Positions 30,969 to 41,615 of a DNA stretch of 64,000 nucleotides are shown here, piece after piece. A model generated the notes under the pieces. That model had not been told where the DNA came from, made no database searches, and saw only the letters and a program-made list of their open reading frames with translations. The DNA lies in contig JAHHIM010000055.1 in assembly GCA_019358915.1 (NCBI GenBank), positions 288,001 through 352,000 on the forward strand, in the 5' to 3' direction. The position numbers were made by a program, and so were the translations under genes. The stretch is from Trichormus sp. ATA11-4-KO1 (GTDB taxonomy: Bacteria; Cyanobacteriota; Cyanobacteriia; Cyanobacteriales; Nostocaceae). The first letter of the stretch is position 1. The number at the start of each line of letters is the position of its first letter.

Positions 30969-32993
30969 TTAAAAGCTAGCGTGTTTTCTCATATCAACAT
31001 AGCGTCTTGCCGTTGTATTCATTTCAATAACCAACTCTGTACCTTGACCTAATTGGGAGTTACACTTAAGTTTACCTTGATGTTTTTCTACAATAATCTG
31101 CTGACTAATTGATAGACCTAATCCTTTGCCTTTTCCTACTGGTTTCGTAGTAAAGAAGGGTTCAAATATCCGTCTTTTAATATGAGGCAAAATACCTTTA
31201 CCGTTATCAGATATGTGAATTAAAACTTTTTGTTTTTTTACCAGTTGTTTATCAACAGTATTGAGTTCGTTGCTAGTAACTAATGATAAATGACTGCCGA
31301 TAAGTTCTGTACGAATCCAAATTTTGGGAATGAGGGAATAATCCTGTTTCATCCTTTCTTCTAAAGCATCAATGGCATTAGTCAAAATGTTCATAAATAC
31401 CTGGTTTAGTTCCCCAGGATAACATTCGATTAAAGGTAATTCTCCGAAGTCCTTAATGACTTCAATTCCTGGTCTATCGTGCTTTTCTTTGAGGCGATGT
31501 TGCAAAAGCCTGAGAACACTATCCAGTCCCTCATGTATGTTAGATTTTTTCATTTTATCTGGATCAAAGCCAGAAAAATTCCGCAAGGCAGAAACAATCT
31601 CTTGAATACGTTCAGAGCCAGACCGCATTGACCATAGCAATTTGAGGAAGTCTGTTTTTATCAAATTGAGGTCGAACTGTTGCAGATATGAGGTAATTCC
31701 TACTTTGGGTTTTGGATAGTAGTATTGGTAAAGTTCGATTAGTTTAATTAATTCTTCGGCATACTGACTGATGGGATGAAGATTACTATTGATAAAGTTA
31801 ACCGGATGATAAATTTCATTAGCCATATCCACTATTAGTTGACCGAGATTAGCCATTTTCTCGTTCTGCAATAGTTGATATTGCGTAATTTCCAATTGCT
31901 GTGAAGTTTCTCTTGCTTGTGCTTCTGCCAACTGGCTTTTGGTAATCTCTCTTTGGAGTTGTTCTAATAGTTGGTATTGCTGAATAGATACTGCTATTTC
32001 TTGACTGATTTGTCTGATAGCATCTATTTCCCATTTCTGCCACTGACGGTAACTGCAACAGTCATAGACAATTAATATTCCCCACAAGCGCTTTGAGCTT
32101 GAAGACTCTGAGTCTTCATGTTCTAGTGCTTTTAATAAAATAGGAACTACTAAATTGGCTTCGACCTTACACTGATTTAGAAAATTGATTTGACAGGGTA
32201 ATTTAGGTACTGTGTCAGTTTTTTCGCTGATACTTGATTGGTATATTTCTAAATACTGAGCAGGGATTGAAACTTCTATATCTATATCTTTCAAAGATGC
32301 CAAGGGTGCTGCAAAAGATTCAAAAACTACTTCACCTCTACCTTGGGGTGGAACACGGTAAATGAATGTCTGGTCAATCTGCAAAAACTGCCGTAATTCT
32401 ACTAATACATTTTGCAGTAATGCCCCCAGTTGAGAACAGGAATTGATGTGTTTTCGCACGGCGTTCAACAGTTGCTCTTGCTTTTGGTACTGTCGCCAAG
32501 CTTCCTGGGATAATTTTTCTTGAGTAATATCCCTATGTGTTCCTGACATCCAGACCGGCTGGCCGAATTCATCCCACTGAAATACTCTGCCACAACTGAG
32601 AATCCACTTCCACCCACCGGATTTAGACAACATTCTCAATTCAACTTCAAATACAGGTATATGACCTGCAAGATAGTCTTTCAACACCTGGCGAACTTTC
32701 GGCAAATCCTGTGGATGTATAAGTTGCTCAAAGGATTGATGGTTGGTAATTTCTTCTACTTCATAGCCTAAAATTTGTTGCCACTGAGGGTCATAATAGG
32801 TTTTATCGGTAGCCAGATGCCAATTCCACCAACTCAGACCACTGGCGGCTAATGCCATTTGTAAAGCGGCTTGTGAGTGCTGGTCAATCTCGGAGTCTTC
32901 TGGAGGTGGTTGCTGGTTATTGGGGAAACTTTGGGAGCTTGGCGCTGAAACTGGAGCTTCCATCTGATAGGTAGCGGGTTCTTCGATATGCAT
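30969..32993 (-). CDS. PAS-GAF sensor histidine kinase-like protein with degenerate H-box
   Basis: PAS_3 (IHPQD, WKWILSCG, GTHRDIT), GAF (ANLVVPIL, LWGILI, RQW), HATPase N/G1/F/G2 boxes; H-box reads MANEIYHP. Confidence 0.85.
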   Translation of the reverse strand: MHIEEPATYQMEAPVSAPSSQSFPNNQQPPPEDSEIDQHSQAALQMALAASGLSWWNWHLATDKTYYDPQWQQILGYEVEEITNHQSFEQLIHPQDLPKVRQVLKDYLAGHIPVFEVELRMLSKSGGWKWILSCGRVFQWDEFGQPVWMSGTHRDITQEKLSQEAWRQYQKQEQLLNAVRKHINSCSQLGALLQNVLVELRQFLQIDQTFIYRVPPQGRGEVVFESFAAPLASLKDIDIEVSIPAQYLEIYQSSISEKTDTVPKLPCQINFLNQCKVEANLVVPILLKALEHEDSESSSSKRLWGILIVYDCCSYRQWQKWEIDAIRQISQEIAVSIQQYQLLEQLQREITKSQLAEAQARETSQQLEITQYQLLQNEKMANLGQLIVDMANEIYHPVNFINSNLHPISQYAEELIKLIELYQYYYPKPKVGITSYLQQFDLNLIKTDFLKLLWSMRSGSERIQEIVSALRNFSGFDPDKMKKSNIHEGLDSVLRLLQHRLKEKHDRPGIEVIKDFGELPLIECYPGELNQVFMNILTNAIDALEERMKQDYSLIPKIWIRTELIGSHLSLVTSNELNTVDKQLVKKQKVLIHISDNGKGILPHIKRRIFEPFFTTKPVGKGKGLGLSISQQIIVEKHQGKLKCNSQLGQGTELVIEMNTTARRYVDMRKHASF

Positions 32994-33532
32994 AGCTGCT
33001 GATACGATGAGGAAGATATCCTGAGCTTCTCTCTACGCTGTCTTAGCACCTGAGGGTTAAGGTATGAACAATGCCAACATATTCACTGTCGGTTAACTTA
33101 GCTATTACTCAGTCGATTTAATCAAAGTTCAAAGAAATATCCACAAGGTATGACTAATCTTGAATTAAATTTAGAAAAAGTTAAACGTAAAAGTGTAACC
33201 TCTCAAGCGATCGCCTACCCCAAGTTTTAGAAAAAATTAGCTACATTTTGTGTATCTATCATCTCCAGATGACAGTTTATGAGTATACAAAATTACAAAT
33301 AGGTTGCTTTAATGCCCAAAAATTATTAGGGTAAAAATCCTATAATCATTTAATATCAGATGTTTCAGATAAAAGAAGTATTGTCAAGCCCTATTTGTAG
33401 CTTTTTTGTAAAAGGCTGGCTTTCATTCAAACCTGGGAGGCTACATCAAGTTTCATCCTCAAAACTTCAACTTTGACGTGGAACCAGAATTTGAGGAAAT
33501 GTCATACAAAAGAAAAGTAAGGCCGATGACGA

Positions 33533-35536
33533 ATGACTATAGATGAAGTCGTATTGCTACTCAAAGCCAGCCAGATCAATGGTTTGACGACACTCCAAGA
33601 GATGATACTGCGCTCTTCATGGGAGGGAAAAACTTATACAAGTATAGCGTTTGAGGCTCACTACGGTGGAGAACGGATCAGGAAAGTTGCTTCTCATCTA
33701 TGGCAATTATTAAGCGATTTTTGGCAAGAACCTATCCATAAATCTAACTTCCGTAAGACTCTGGAACCTCGCCGTTTAAGTAAAGCTCATCAACAGTTAA
33801 TTAAGGAATTCAACCGCGCAGCTACCGCCATATCCCTAGAATTTCCTAATGGGCCAGTATCTCTTAACTCTAGATTTTACATTCCTCGCCCACCAGTTGA
33901 GGAACTTGCCTACGCAGAAATAGCTGAACCAGGAAGTGTCATCTGCATCAAAGCTCCCAAAAAAATGGGAAAAAGCTCCCTAATTCTCAGAGTTCTCGCC
34001 CGCGCTACCAATCAAGGTTTTCGGACTGTGAGTCTGGACTTTCAGCAAGCGGATAAAGCCGTTTTTAGCAGCTTGGATAAGTTTTTACGCTGGTTATGTG
34101 CTAATGTCAGTCGGGAATTACAGCTAGAACCAAAACTCAATGATTATTGGCATGAGGATATGGGTAGCAAAGTCAGCTGCTCTATTTATTTCCAGAGGTA
34201 TTTGCTGTCTGCGCTGAAAAGTCCTTTGGTTTTGGTATTAAACGAAGTAGATTGGGTATTTGAGTATCCAGAGATTGCTGGGGAATTTCTGCCATTAGTG
34301 CGTTCCTGGTACGAACAAGCAAAAATGGTGGAGATTTGGCAAAAACTCCGCCTAGTGTTGGTTTACTCGAAGGAAATTCTTGTTCCCCTCAAATTGACTC
34401 AATCGCCATTTAATATTGGTTTACCAATTAAGTTGCCAAACTTTACCCAAGAGCAGGTGCTGGATTTAGCACAACGTCACGGTTTAGATTGGGCAAATAG
34501 TAAGGATATTGAAAGTTTAATGGCGGTGGTAGGAGGACATCCTTATTTAGTCAGGTTGGCTTTGTATCACCTTGTGGGAAAAGGTGCGTTAGAAAGAAAC
34601 CTACAGCAGTTGTTAGCAGAAGCAGTAACGACAGCTGGAATTTATCACGAATATTTAAGACAGTACGTATTAGCACTCCAAGAGGAGCCAGAATTGGCAT
34701 CTGCTTTTTATGATGTAATTAATGCTACAGATTGTGTAAAATTAGAGCCAGTCTTAGCATATAAATTGCAGAGTATGGGGCTGGTGAATCTAGAAGGCGA
34801 TCGCTGTACTCCTGCATGTGAGTTGTATCGTTTGTATTTCCGTGGACAACTCAATAGCATTGCGGATTTTACTGCTGTTCGTGTTGATCAGTTGCAAAAA
34901 GAAAACCAATACTTGCGCGCCCTCTCCAGCTTAGATGAACTGACTCAGTTAGCCAATCACCGCTACTTTCACACCTACTTACAAGTTGAGTGGCAAAGAT
35001 CTACTCGCAATGGCACTCCTTTAGCACTAATTTTGTGCGACATTGATTATTTTAAAATTTATAATAAAACCTACGGCAGAGAAGCAGGAGATCATTGTTT
35101 GCGCCAAATTGCCAATGCAATCTTTAACTGTGTTCAGCATTCATTTAGTCATAGCAGTTTTTCCTACGCTAGCAACACTATTACTTATCAAGCTCATGGT
35201 GCTTGTGAAACTTCTCAGATTGCATATTCTCAGAATCAACCTAGTCCGGTGTTAGTCGCTCGTTACGGTGGTGAAGAATTTGCTGTTCTCACCCAGACGG
35301 ATGCTAAGACTGCTGCATACATTGCTGAACAAATTCGCCAGCAAGTAAAAGCTTTGGCAATTAAGTGTGAATATCCCGGTATTGGTGGTCTTCCTGCTAC
35401 TGTTTTAACTGTTAGTGCAGGCGTTGCTAGTATGATTCCCCAGTTAGAAATTGAGGCAATTACTTTAGTAAATGCTGCTGAGCAAGCACTTTCACAAGCA
35501 AAAAGAACAGGACGCGATCGCCTCGTTCTCGGTTAA
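33533..35536 (+). CDS. HTH + AAA-like (AAA_35) + GGDEF diguanylate cyclase
   Basis: N-terminal HTH (SWEGKTY..IA), FYIPRPP.E, APKKMGKSS, QSPFNIG, GGHPYL, DIDYFKIYN, RYGGEEF. Confidence 0.85.
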   Translation: MTIDEVVLLLKASQINGLTTLQEMILRSSWEGKTYTSIAFEAHYGGERIRKVASHLWQLLSDFWQEPIHKSNFRKTLEPRRLSKAHQQLIKEFNRAATAISLEFPNGPVSLNSRFYIPRPPVEELAYAEIAEPGSVICIKAPKKMGKSSLILRVLARATNQGFRTVSLDFQQADKAVFSSLDKFLRWLCANVSRELQLEPKLNDYWHEDMGSKVSCSIYFQRYLLSALKSPLVLVLNEVDWVFEYPEIAGEFLPLVRSWYEQAKMVEIWQKLRLVLVYSKEILVPLKLTQSPFNIGLPIKLPNFTQEQVLDLAQRHGLDWANSKDIESLMAVVGGHPYLVRLALYHLVGKGALERNLQQLLAEAVTTAGIYHEYLRQYVLALQEEPELASAFYDVINATDCVKLEPVLAYKLQSMGLVNLEGDRCTPACELYRLYFRGQLNSIADFTAVRVDQLQKENQYLRALSSLDELTQLANHRYFHTYLQVEWQRSTRNGTPLALILCDIDYFKIYNKTYGREAGDHCLRQIANAIFNCVQHSFSHSSFSYASNTITYQAHGACETSQIAYSQNQPSPVLVARYGGEEFAVLTQTDAKTAAYIAEQIRQQVKALAIKCEYPGIGGLPATVLTVSAGVASMIPQLEIEAITLVNAAEQALSQAKRTGRDRLVLG

Positions 35537-35598
35537 GTGGCTACGGTGTTCACACAAGGGCGTAGGGGGGAGATCATCCCCCTCATCCCACAGTACTC

Positions 35599-37383
35599 TT
35601 AACGCAAAGTCACTATCGGCAAGCCTAACCATGCAGCAAAATTCTCTTTCTGCGCCGGATCGGGATTATGAATGGGAACGATCTGATACTTGCTAGACCG
35701 TGGTGCAGCCAAAGTTACAGCATAGGTACGCAGTTCATCTTGGTGGAAAACCGTGATTTCAATGGTGTCATTGGGCTGGTAATCTTTCAGGCGATCGCTC
35801 AGTTGATGGGCTGTCAGTCGTATTCCCTCAAGAGCTAATAATTCATCACCTGCATCAATTCCCGCTAGTTGTGCAGGTGATGCAGTTTCCACAGATTTAA
35901 TTACCTCCCGGCCATTTTCGGTTTTCGCCCTGATGCCTAAATATGGTTCTTCCTCACGTTCCGCTAGTAGCTGCAAACCAAAAGGTTCCAAGTACTGATT
36001 AAAAGGTAATTCATCAGTGCTATCAATGTAGCGTTCAAAGAAATTCCCCAAATCCACACCCGCTACAGATTCAATGACTTCTTGCAACTGTTCAGGAGTA
36101 TAGCCAATTTCTGCTTGCCCAAATTTCCACCACATTTGCCGCATTACATCATCTAGCGATCGCTGATTTCCGTGTCGCGCTCTAATCAACAAATCTAGCA
36201 ACAAAGAAACCATTTCCCCCTTCAAGTAGTAGGACATTTGGGAATTGTTGCTATTGGCATCTGGACGATAAAGTTTAATCCAAGCATCAAAACTTGACTC
36301 GGAAAGTGGTTGCACTTTACGCCCTGGGGTTGTGAGGAATCTAGTAATTTCCTTACCCAAATGATTTAAATACGATTTAGCATCGTAAATGCCAGCCCGT
36401 AAAGGAATCAGCAAGTCATAATAACTTGTAGTCCCTTCACAGAACCACAGAGAAGGTGTATAGTTTTCCTGCTCGTAATCAAAAACTTCTAAACCTTTGG
36501 GGCGAATGCGTTTGACGTTCCACAAGTGAAAAAATTCATGTGCTACCAATTGCACAAAGCGTTCATATTTTTCCTGAGTGCGAAATCCAAAACGTTGGTA
36601 AATTAACGAGCAACAGTTTTTATGCTCCAAACCCCCATAAGCTTGGGCAAATAAATGCAGCAGAAAAATATATCGTTCATAGGGCAAACCCCCGAACATC
36701 TGCGCTTCTACCTGAATCACTTTTTGGATATCAGCAATCATTCGCTGTGGTTGTAAATTGCCCTGTCCCCAAATTGCCAGTTCATGTGGTTTTCCCAAAA
36801 CCTCAAAGTGATATAACTGGTGATTACCAATCTCAAAGGGGCTATCTACAAGGGTGTCAAAATCGACAGCAGAGAAAGTATTAGCTTGCTCACCAACTAA
36901 TGGTAAAGAAGTAGTGACCCGCCAGTCTGGGCGTGGCGGTACAATGGTGATGTTAATTGGTAGGCTCTCCCAACCTGGTAGTCTAAAAAACAGCGCTGCA
37001 CCATTAAAATAGCCGTGGGTGGTATCTAAGTGATTCGTTCGTACCGATAGCTCATTGGCAAACATGCGGTAACGCACAGTTAATTCTGAAACACCATTTG
37101 TGTTGACCTGCCAGTGATTTTTACTGATTTTTCGCCAAGGCAAAGGCTCATCCCCTGCAAAAGCGGCAAAATCTTGTAGATTCTTGGCATATTCCCGCAC
37201 TAAGTATGAGCCTGGTGTCCATACCGGCATTTTCAAGTCAAGAATTTTTGACGGGTGGTTGATTAGCTGCAATGTCACCTCAAACAGATGCGTTTCTGGT
37301 TGAGGCATTGCCACCAGGTAATGAATCGTCGGTACTGTTTCCTGGACGCCAATCTCGATACGAGGTGCTGTTGCTTCGGTCAT
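35599..37383 (-). CDS. M61 family metallopeptidase with PDZ domain
   Basis: MPVWTPGSY, GGLEH, HEFFHLWNVKRIRP, EGTTSYY, SYYLKG, SPAQLAGI. Confidence 0.93.
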   Translation of the reverse strand: MTEATAPRIEIGVQETVPTIHYLVAMPQPETHLFEVTLQLINHPSKILDLKMPVWTPGSYLVREYAKNLQDFAAFAGDEPLPWRKISKNHWQVNTNGVSELTVRYRMFANELSVRTNHLDTTHGYFNGAALFFRLPGWESLPINITIVPPRPDWRVTTSLPLVGEQANTFSAVDFDTLVDSPFEIGNHQLYHFEVLGKPHELAIWGQGNLQPQRMIADIQKVIQVEAQMFGGLPYERYIFLLHLFAQAYGGLEHKNCCSLIYQRFGFRTQEKYERFVQLVAHEFFHLWNVKRIRPKGLEVFDYEQENYTPSLWFCEGTTSYYDLLIPLRAGIYDAKSYLNHLGKEITRFLTTPGRKVQPLSESSFDAWIKLYRPDANSNNSQMSYYLKGEMVSLLLDLLIRARHGNQRSLDDVMRQMWWKFGQAEIGYTPEQLQEVIESVAGVDLGNFFERYIDSTDELPFNQYLEPFGLQLLAEREEEPYLGIRAKTENGREVIKSVETASPAQLAGIDAGDELLALEGIRLTAHQLSDRLKDYQPNDTIEITVFHQDELRTYAVTLAAPRSSKYQIVPIHNPDPAQKENFAAWLGLPIVTLR

Positions 37384-37409
37384 CTGTAATTAGGAGTTAT
37401 AAATTCTGA

Positions 37410-37459
37410 GTCAATAGTTAATAGTCAATAGTTAATGGTCAATAGTCAATAGTTAATAG
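37410..37459. repeat. STRR heptamer tandem repeat GT(C/T)AATA
   Basis: gtcaata gttaata gtcaata gttaatg gtcaata gtcaata gttaata. Confidence 0.85.
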
Positions 37460-37977
37460 CTAACAACTGTAGATTGAAGACTGAGTAAAGCCAATCCAAC
37501 CCCACTAACTTTAACCGCAGTTTCTCCCATAATGTACTGCCTACTCATGGCACTCACTCCGCAAAATTCAGTTTTTAACTCGACTTTATTTAATTAAACA
37601 GCATAAATTGTCATAAATTTCAAGCACTCAAAGACAGAGTGCGGGTAGTATACTACATCTATTGGTCAATTTCTGAAAACATTTAACTAGCCTAAACCTG
37701 ACCCCATAGGAGTAGTTTTCCATATCTAAATAAATGTTATCTCCAAACAATTACATTTATCATGATGCAGAAAGGGTAATTTCGTAAATATGTTTAGTGT
37801 TCTAATTCTGATATTTGGGACTGACAGCAAGCAAAAAAACAATTGATTGAGAACAGCCTCCAGAGCCAAGAAATTTAATAGAGGCTCCTGTTTAATTTTT
37901 GTTGGTGTAGCCTGAGCTATGCACTTAAAAATTCAGTAAACATCTCCAGAAATTAAATATGCGTCTTTCATAACCCT

Positions 37978-38007
37978 TGTAGAGATGTTGCATACAACGT
38001 CTCTACA
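37978..38007. repeat. REP-like palindrome
   Basis: TGTAGAGATGTTG-cata-CAACGTCTCTACA. Confidence 0.7.
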
Positions 38008-38084
38008 TTCTTTTTCCAAGATTATAGTACATATCGATTCCCTTCTTTCCTGTCACCTGTCTCCTATCACCTATTCCCTGTTAC

Positions 38085-38768
38085 TTAGACCTTGCCTGCT
38101 AAGTTAATCAATTGTTTGAAGTTAATCAGATAAATAATACTGTTGGCGCTATCAATCATGATCCAACCTTTTTCATGTAGTTTTTCCATGATTTTGGTGG
38201 TTTCGTCAACACCGATTTCTGTCACCTCTGCCAAATCTTTAAAAGGAATATTCAAAATTTCCTTACCTTTGCCTGATTCCTGTCCATAACTTTCGCCTAA
38301 ACTGACTAAGGTATGAGCAAGTTTGACAGCTGGTGGTGAAGAGCGGATTTGTAAGCGCTGGTTAATTTGCCGCAATCGCCGTACCATGAGTTGCAACATC
38401 CGGTGATGTAACTGCGGGTCTTTAAATAATATTTGAATAAAACGCTCTCTCGAGATGCTCAATAACTTCACTGGCGATAGGGCAATCACATCGGTTGAAC
38501 GTGGAGATTCATCTAAAATCGCCATTTCTCCGAAAAAATCACCTCTACCTAAAATTGCCAAAGCTACAGAATCATCTCCGGAGGTGCGTCGGACTTTCAC
38601 CCAGCCAGAAACCACGAAGTAAACTGCATTACCCCAGGCATCTTCCATCAACACAGCTCGTCCAACAGGGTATTCGTGTTCAATTGCAACGTTGAGTAGC
38701 CATTCCAAAGTCTGCGGGTTAGCTGTACTTAGTAAGGGGAAAAGTTGACTAAAAACTTCAGTCTGCAT
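38085..38768 (-). CDS. Crp/Fnr family cNMP-binding regulator
   Basis: FFGEMAILDESPRSTDV cNMP pocket; C-terminal HTH divergent. Confidence 0.9.
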   Translation of the reverse strand: MQTEVFSQLFPLLSTANPQTLEWLLNVAIEHEYPVGRAVLMEDAWGNAVYFVVSGWVKVRRTSGDDSVALAILGRGDFFGEMAILDESPRSTDVIALSPVKLLSISRERFIQILFKDPQLHHRMLQLMVRRLRQINQRLQIRSSPPAVKLAHTLVSLGESYGQESGKGKEILNIPFKDLAEVTEIGVDETTKIMEKLHEKGWIMIDSANSIIYLINFKQLINLAGKV

Positions 38769-38967
38769 GTATTTTCAATAAATAAATTCAAGTGCGGAAA
38801 ATTAAATTGACTACTATAAGTTTTCTAACCGCAACTTTGGTAATATTACGGTATAAATTTGTGATAAATTAAACTAAAAGTCCAAAGAAGCATTAGTCTA
38901 GGGTGCCATTACAACATAACAAGTGTGTATGCGATCGCAATCAGCGCTTCCACTGACAGAAATCTCT

Positions 38968-40167
38968 TTAGCTGTTTGTTGGTGGTTCGCTAGTTGCTGA
39001 GAGTATTTTTATCTGCTGGTCTAAATTTGTAACGAGCTGATTTAAAGTTACTACAGCCTCTAATTGCTCTGACTTCATGACGGGATTGAGTAGAAGTCGT
39101 TGTTGCAGTTCATGCAACTTAAAACTTAATTGTTGTGAAATTCCCAAAGCATCGCGGCTAAGACGTGTCAACTGTTGTTGCTGATAAAACTTTAAAGTCG
39201 CTCCCCGTAAAACTTGTAATGTTGCCTCTTCACCATAAATTCCTGGCATCACCCGCAGGCGTAATAATAAACGGTTTTGTTGATAGAGGCATTCTTTTTC
39301 TATCTGTTTTGGTTCTGCAAGTTTGCTCACAGGTAGGGAAGCAAATCGCTTCAGTTCATTAAGTACTCCTTGGAAAACAGACAGAGGGAGATTTTCTAAT
39401 ATGGACTGCAATACTCCATTGTCACTCCAGAGTATCCTGCCTTCGTAAGGTTGTCTTTCCAAATACAAGCGACCAATTCCCCCACCCAAAACTCGCCCTA
39501 GTAATTCTTGTAATAATTTTTTGGGTGGTAGTGTTGCCAATATTTCCATAGGACTAAATTGCTCTGGAACTTGGACTTGTAAAACGGTTAAGTTGTTTGG
39601 GAATGCTGCTTCAGAGATGTCTTCTGCTTGTTTCTCGTTGACGGTACTTGGAGATAAGCTATCTAGATTTGGAATATCTACCTGCTCAGAATATTCCAGC
39701 ATTGATGTTGGTTGCTGATTAGATTCAAAGGAGATAGTTGCAGATTGAATCAATTGCTCATCAATAATCGTTTTGTTGTTTTCTAGATAAGAGTCCGCTC
39801 CTGGGTGATCCACTTGTTTGGTATTGGGGCGGAATGTATTTTTATAGTTGAGGTAAGCTGATAGTATGATGCGGTGCGTGTCGGTGGCCATCTCCTCAGT
39901 CACCGTTGTACAATTAATATAAGACACAATGCGATTTACGTAATCTAACGCTCCAGTGTCTTGTGGATGAACCATACCCAGTAAGAGTTTGTTATCTTCT
40001 AGTCCCAAGGGTAAAATTTGGTGATATAGGCAAGCTTCAAAGGATAAAAGACTATCAATTAATTGGAATACTTGCTCGCGTCCTTGCGCCCAGTTTGCTG
40101 GTGTGTCACCTAAAACTTGCTGCCCACTTGCTCCTGTATCAGTTGGTTTGCCCTTTGAAGACAACAT
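38968..40167 (-). CDS. PilB/GspE N-terminal-domain protein lacking the ATPase domain
   Basis: ACLYHQILPL...LLLGMVHPQD (T2SSE-N-like), LLLRLRVMPGIYGEEATLQVL (N2-like); no Walker A. Confidence 0.7.
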   Translation of the reverse strand: MLSSKGKPTDTGASGQQVLGDTPANWAQGREQVFQLIDSLLSFEACLYHQILPLGLEDNKLLLGMVHPQDTGALDYVNRIVSYINCTTVTEEMATDTHRIILSAYLNYKNTFRPNTKQVDHPGADSYLENNKTIIDEQLIQSATISFESNQQPTSMLEYSEQVDIPNLDSLSPSTVNEKQAEDISEAAFPNNLTVLQVQVPEQFSPMEILATLPPKKLLQELLGRVLGGGIGRLYLERQPYEGRILWSDNGVLQSILENLPLSVFQGVLNELKRFASLPVSKLAEPKQIEKECLYQQNRLLLRLRVMPGIYGEEATLQVLRGATLKFYQQQQLTRLSRDALGISQQLSFKLHELQQRLLLNPVMKSEQLEAVVTLNQLVTNLDQQIKILSATSEPPTNS

Positions 40168-40439
40168 AAGTTTGATTACTGAGTGTTTTCCTATATTTTA
40201 TTTTGCTATAAATTAGTTGGCAGTAAATAAAGATACTTTGTGACCTTGTTAAAGGTTAAATTAATTACCAACAGGTTAAGGAATTATTCATGATTGGGGA
40301 TTGGGTAGTTATTCCCAATCCACAATCAAAAGAGTTGAACTGGGTACACGGTTACCAACCAGCGTCGCGCGCGAAGCAAAGACGCTTGTTGCTAAACATC
40401 GCCATGCCTCAAATCCCTGAAACTCAGTGATAAATTTAA

Positions 40440-41615
40440 TCATTCCTGAGTCCTTAAAGATTGAGCTGCAAGATAAACTTTAGTCCATTCGCCCATTACC
40501 TGATGGACTTTGAGCTTTAACTGTTGGGCTATTGCTTCTATAGAGTTGTCGGCTTTCCGCAAATCTAGGATCTGCCGCCCCAAAGGAGTTAATTTTCCAT
40601 ACAGTTGTTGCCATTGGTTTTGTGTTAGCCCCAAATTATTTTCTTGTAGGGAAATTGCCAGCCAGTTATCCACCAGTTCCGGTTTACCTTTGAGGGCAAA
40701 AACGCGTACTGCGTGGTAGCTAATTTTTTCTCGCAGTCGGTAAACTTCCTTAATCGGCTTTTGTAATTTACGGGCGATCTCATCTTGAGACTTGCCTTGT
40801 AGATACAGTCGCAGCCATTCTACTGCATCTGTTCCCAGATTTTCTTGTAAATAATTGGCAAATTCCGTTTTGACTGTCTGCCGCAGTACCTGTTGTTCCT
40901 CTAATTGTTGAGCTTCTTGATATTCTGCGATCGCTTGAGTATCAGCCAAATTGACTCGATTATCATTGTCATCTGTGAGAATTTCTTCTGACACCAGCCT
41001 TACCAAATCACTGTTTGGCACTTGGGTTAAACCACCACGTTGAGTGCGACGTAAGTAGTTGACAAATCTATATACGAGCAAAGGTTGATTGCGTATTGGT
41101 CGCATAGAATATTCTTCTACACTGGCAAATAACAAAGTATCCCGTAGTCGTCTATCGGTGGTAAATTCGGCGATACAAGCCATTTGCTGCTGCATATATT
41201 TGTCGTTCTGCAATAATTCTTGCAGGACTTCTTGCAACACATCCATAACACTGCGCTGGCGATCGCGACTTAGTGAAACCCAAGTCTGAATCTTATTCCG
41301 TAATGTGACTAAACTCCCTAGCCGAGTCAGCAGGTTGCGATAAGCACGTTCTCTCCCAATGCCCAAGTAGCGTTGATGTAAAATTTTCCAGCGATATTCC
41401 ATCGCTTGTTTGGCGATGTCAAGTTCTTTAGAGTTGAGCAAATCAAACCGCTTTAAGTCAGTTCCTAACAGCCAGAGAATAATACTTTCTCTGGTGGCTA
41501 TACTTTGTTCGGGACACTCCGCAGCTAGACGCTTGCCCCAATACTGCTTCAGTTTTTCTGCCTCCGTTGTCATAGCGAGATTGCGCTCCTCGAAACCCTG
41601 TTTTAAAGCTTGCAT
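40440..41615 (-). CDS. HetZ-related protein 2 (HTH DNA-binding)
   Basis: RESIILWLLG, QPLLVYRFVNYLRR, LYLQGKSQDEIARKL, VYRLREKISYHA. Confidence 0.75.
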   Translation of the reverse strand: MQALKQGFEERNLAMTTEAEKLKQYWGKRLAAECPEQSIATRESIILWLLGTDLKRFDLLNSKELDIAKQAMEYRWKILHQRYLGIGRERAYRNLLTRLGSLVTLRNKIQTWVSLSRDRQRSVMDVLQEVLQELLQNDKYMQQQMACIAEFTTDRRLRDTLLFASVEEYSMRPIRNQPLLVYRFVNYLRRTQRGGLTQVPNSDLVRLVSEEILTDDNDNRVNLADTQAIAEYQEAQQLEEQQVLRQTVKTEFANYLQENLGTDAVEWLRLYLQGKSQDEIARKLQKPIKEVYRLREKISYHAVRVFALKGKPELVDNWLAISLQENNLGLTQNQWQQLYGKLTPLGRQILDLRKADNSIEAIAQQLKLKVHQVMGEWTKVYLAAQSLRTQE

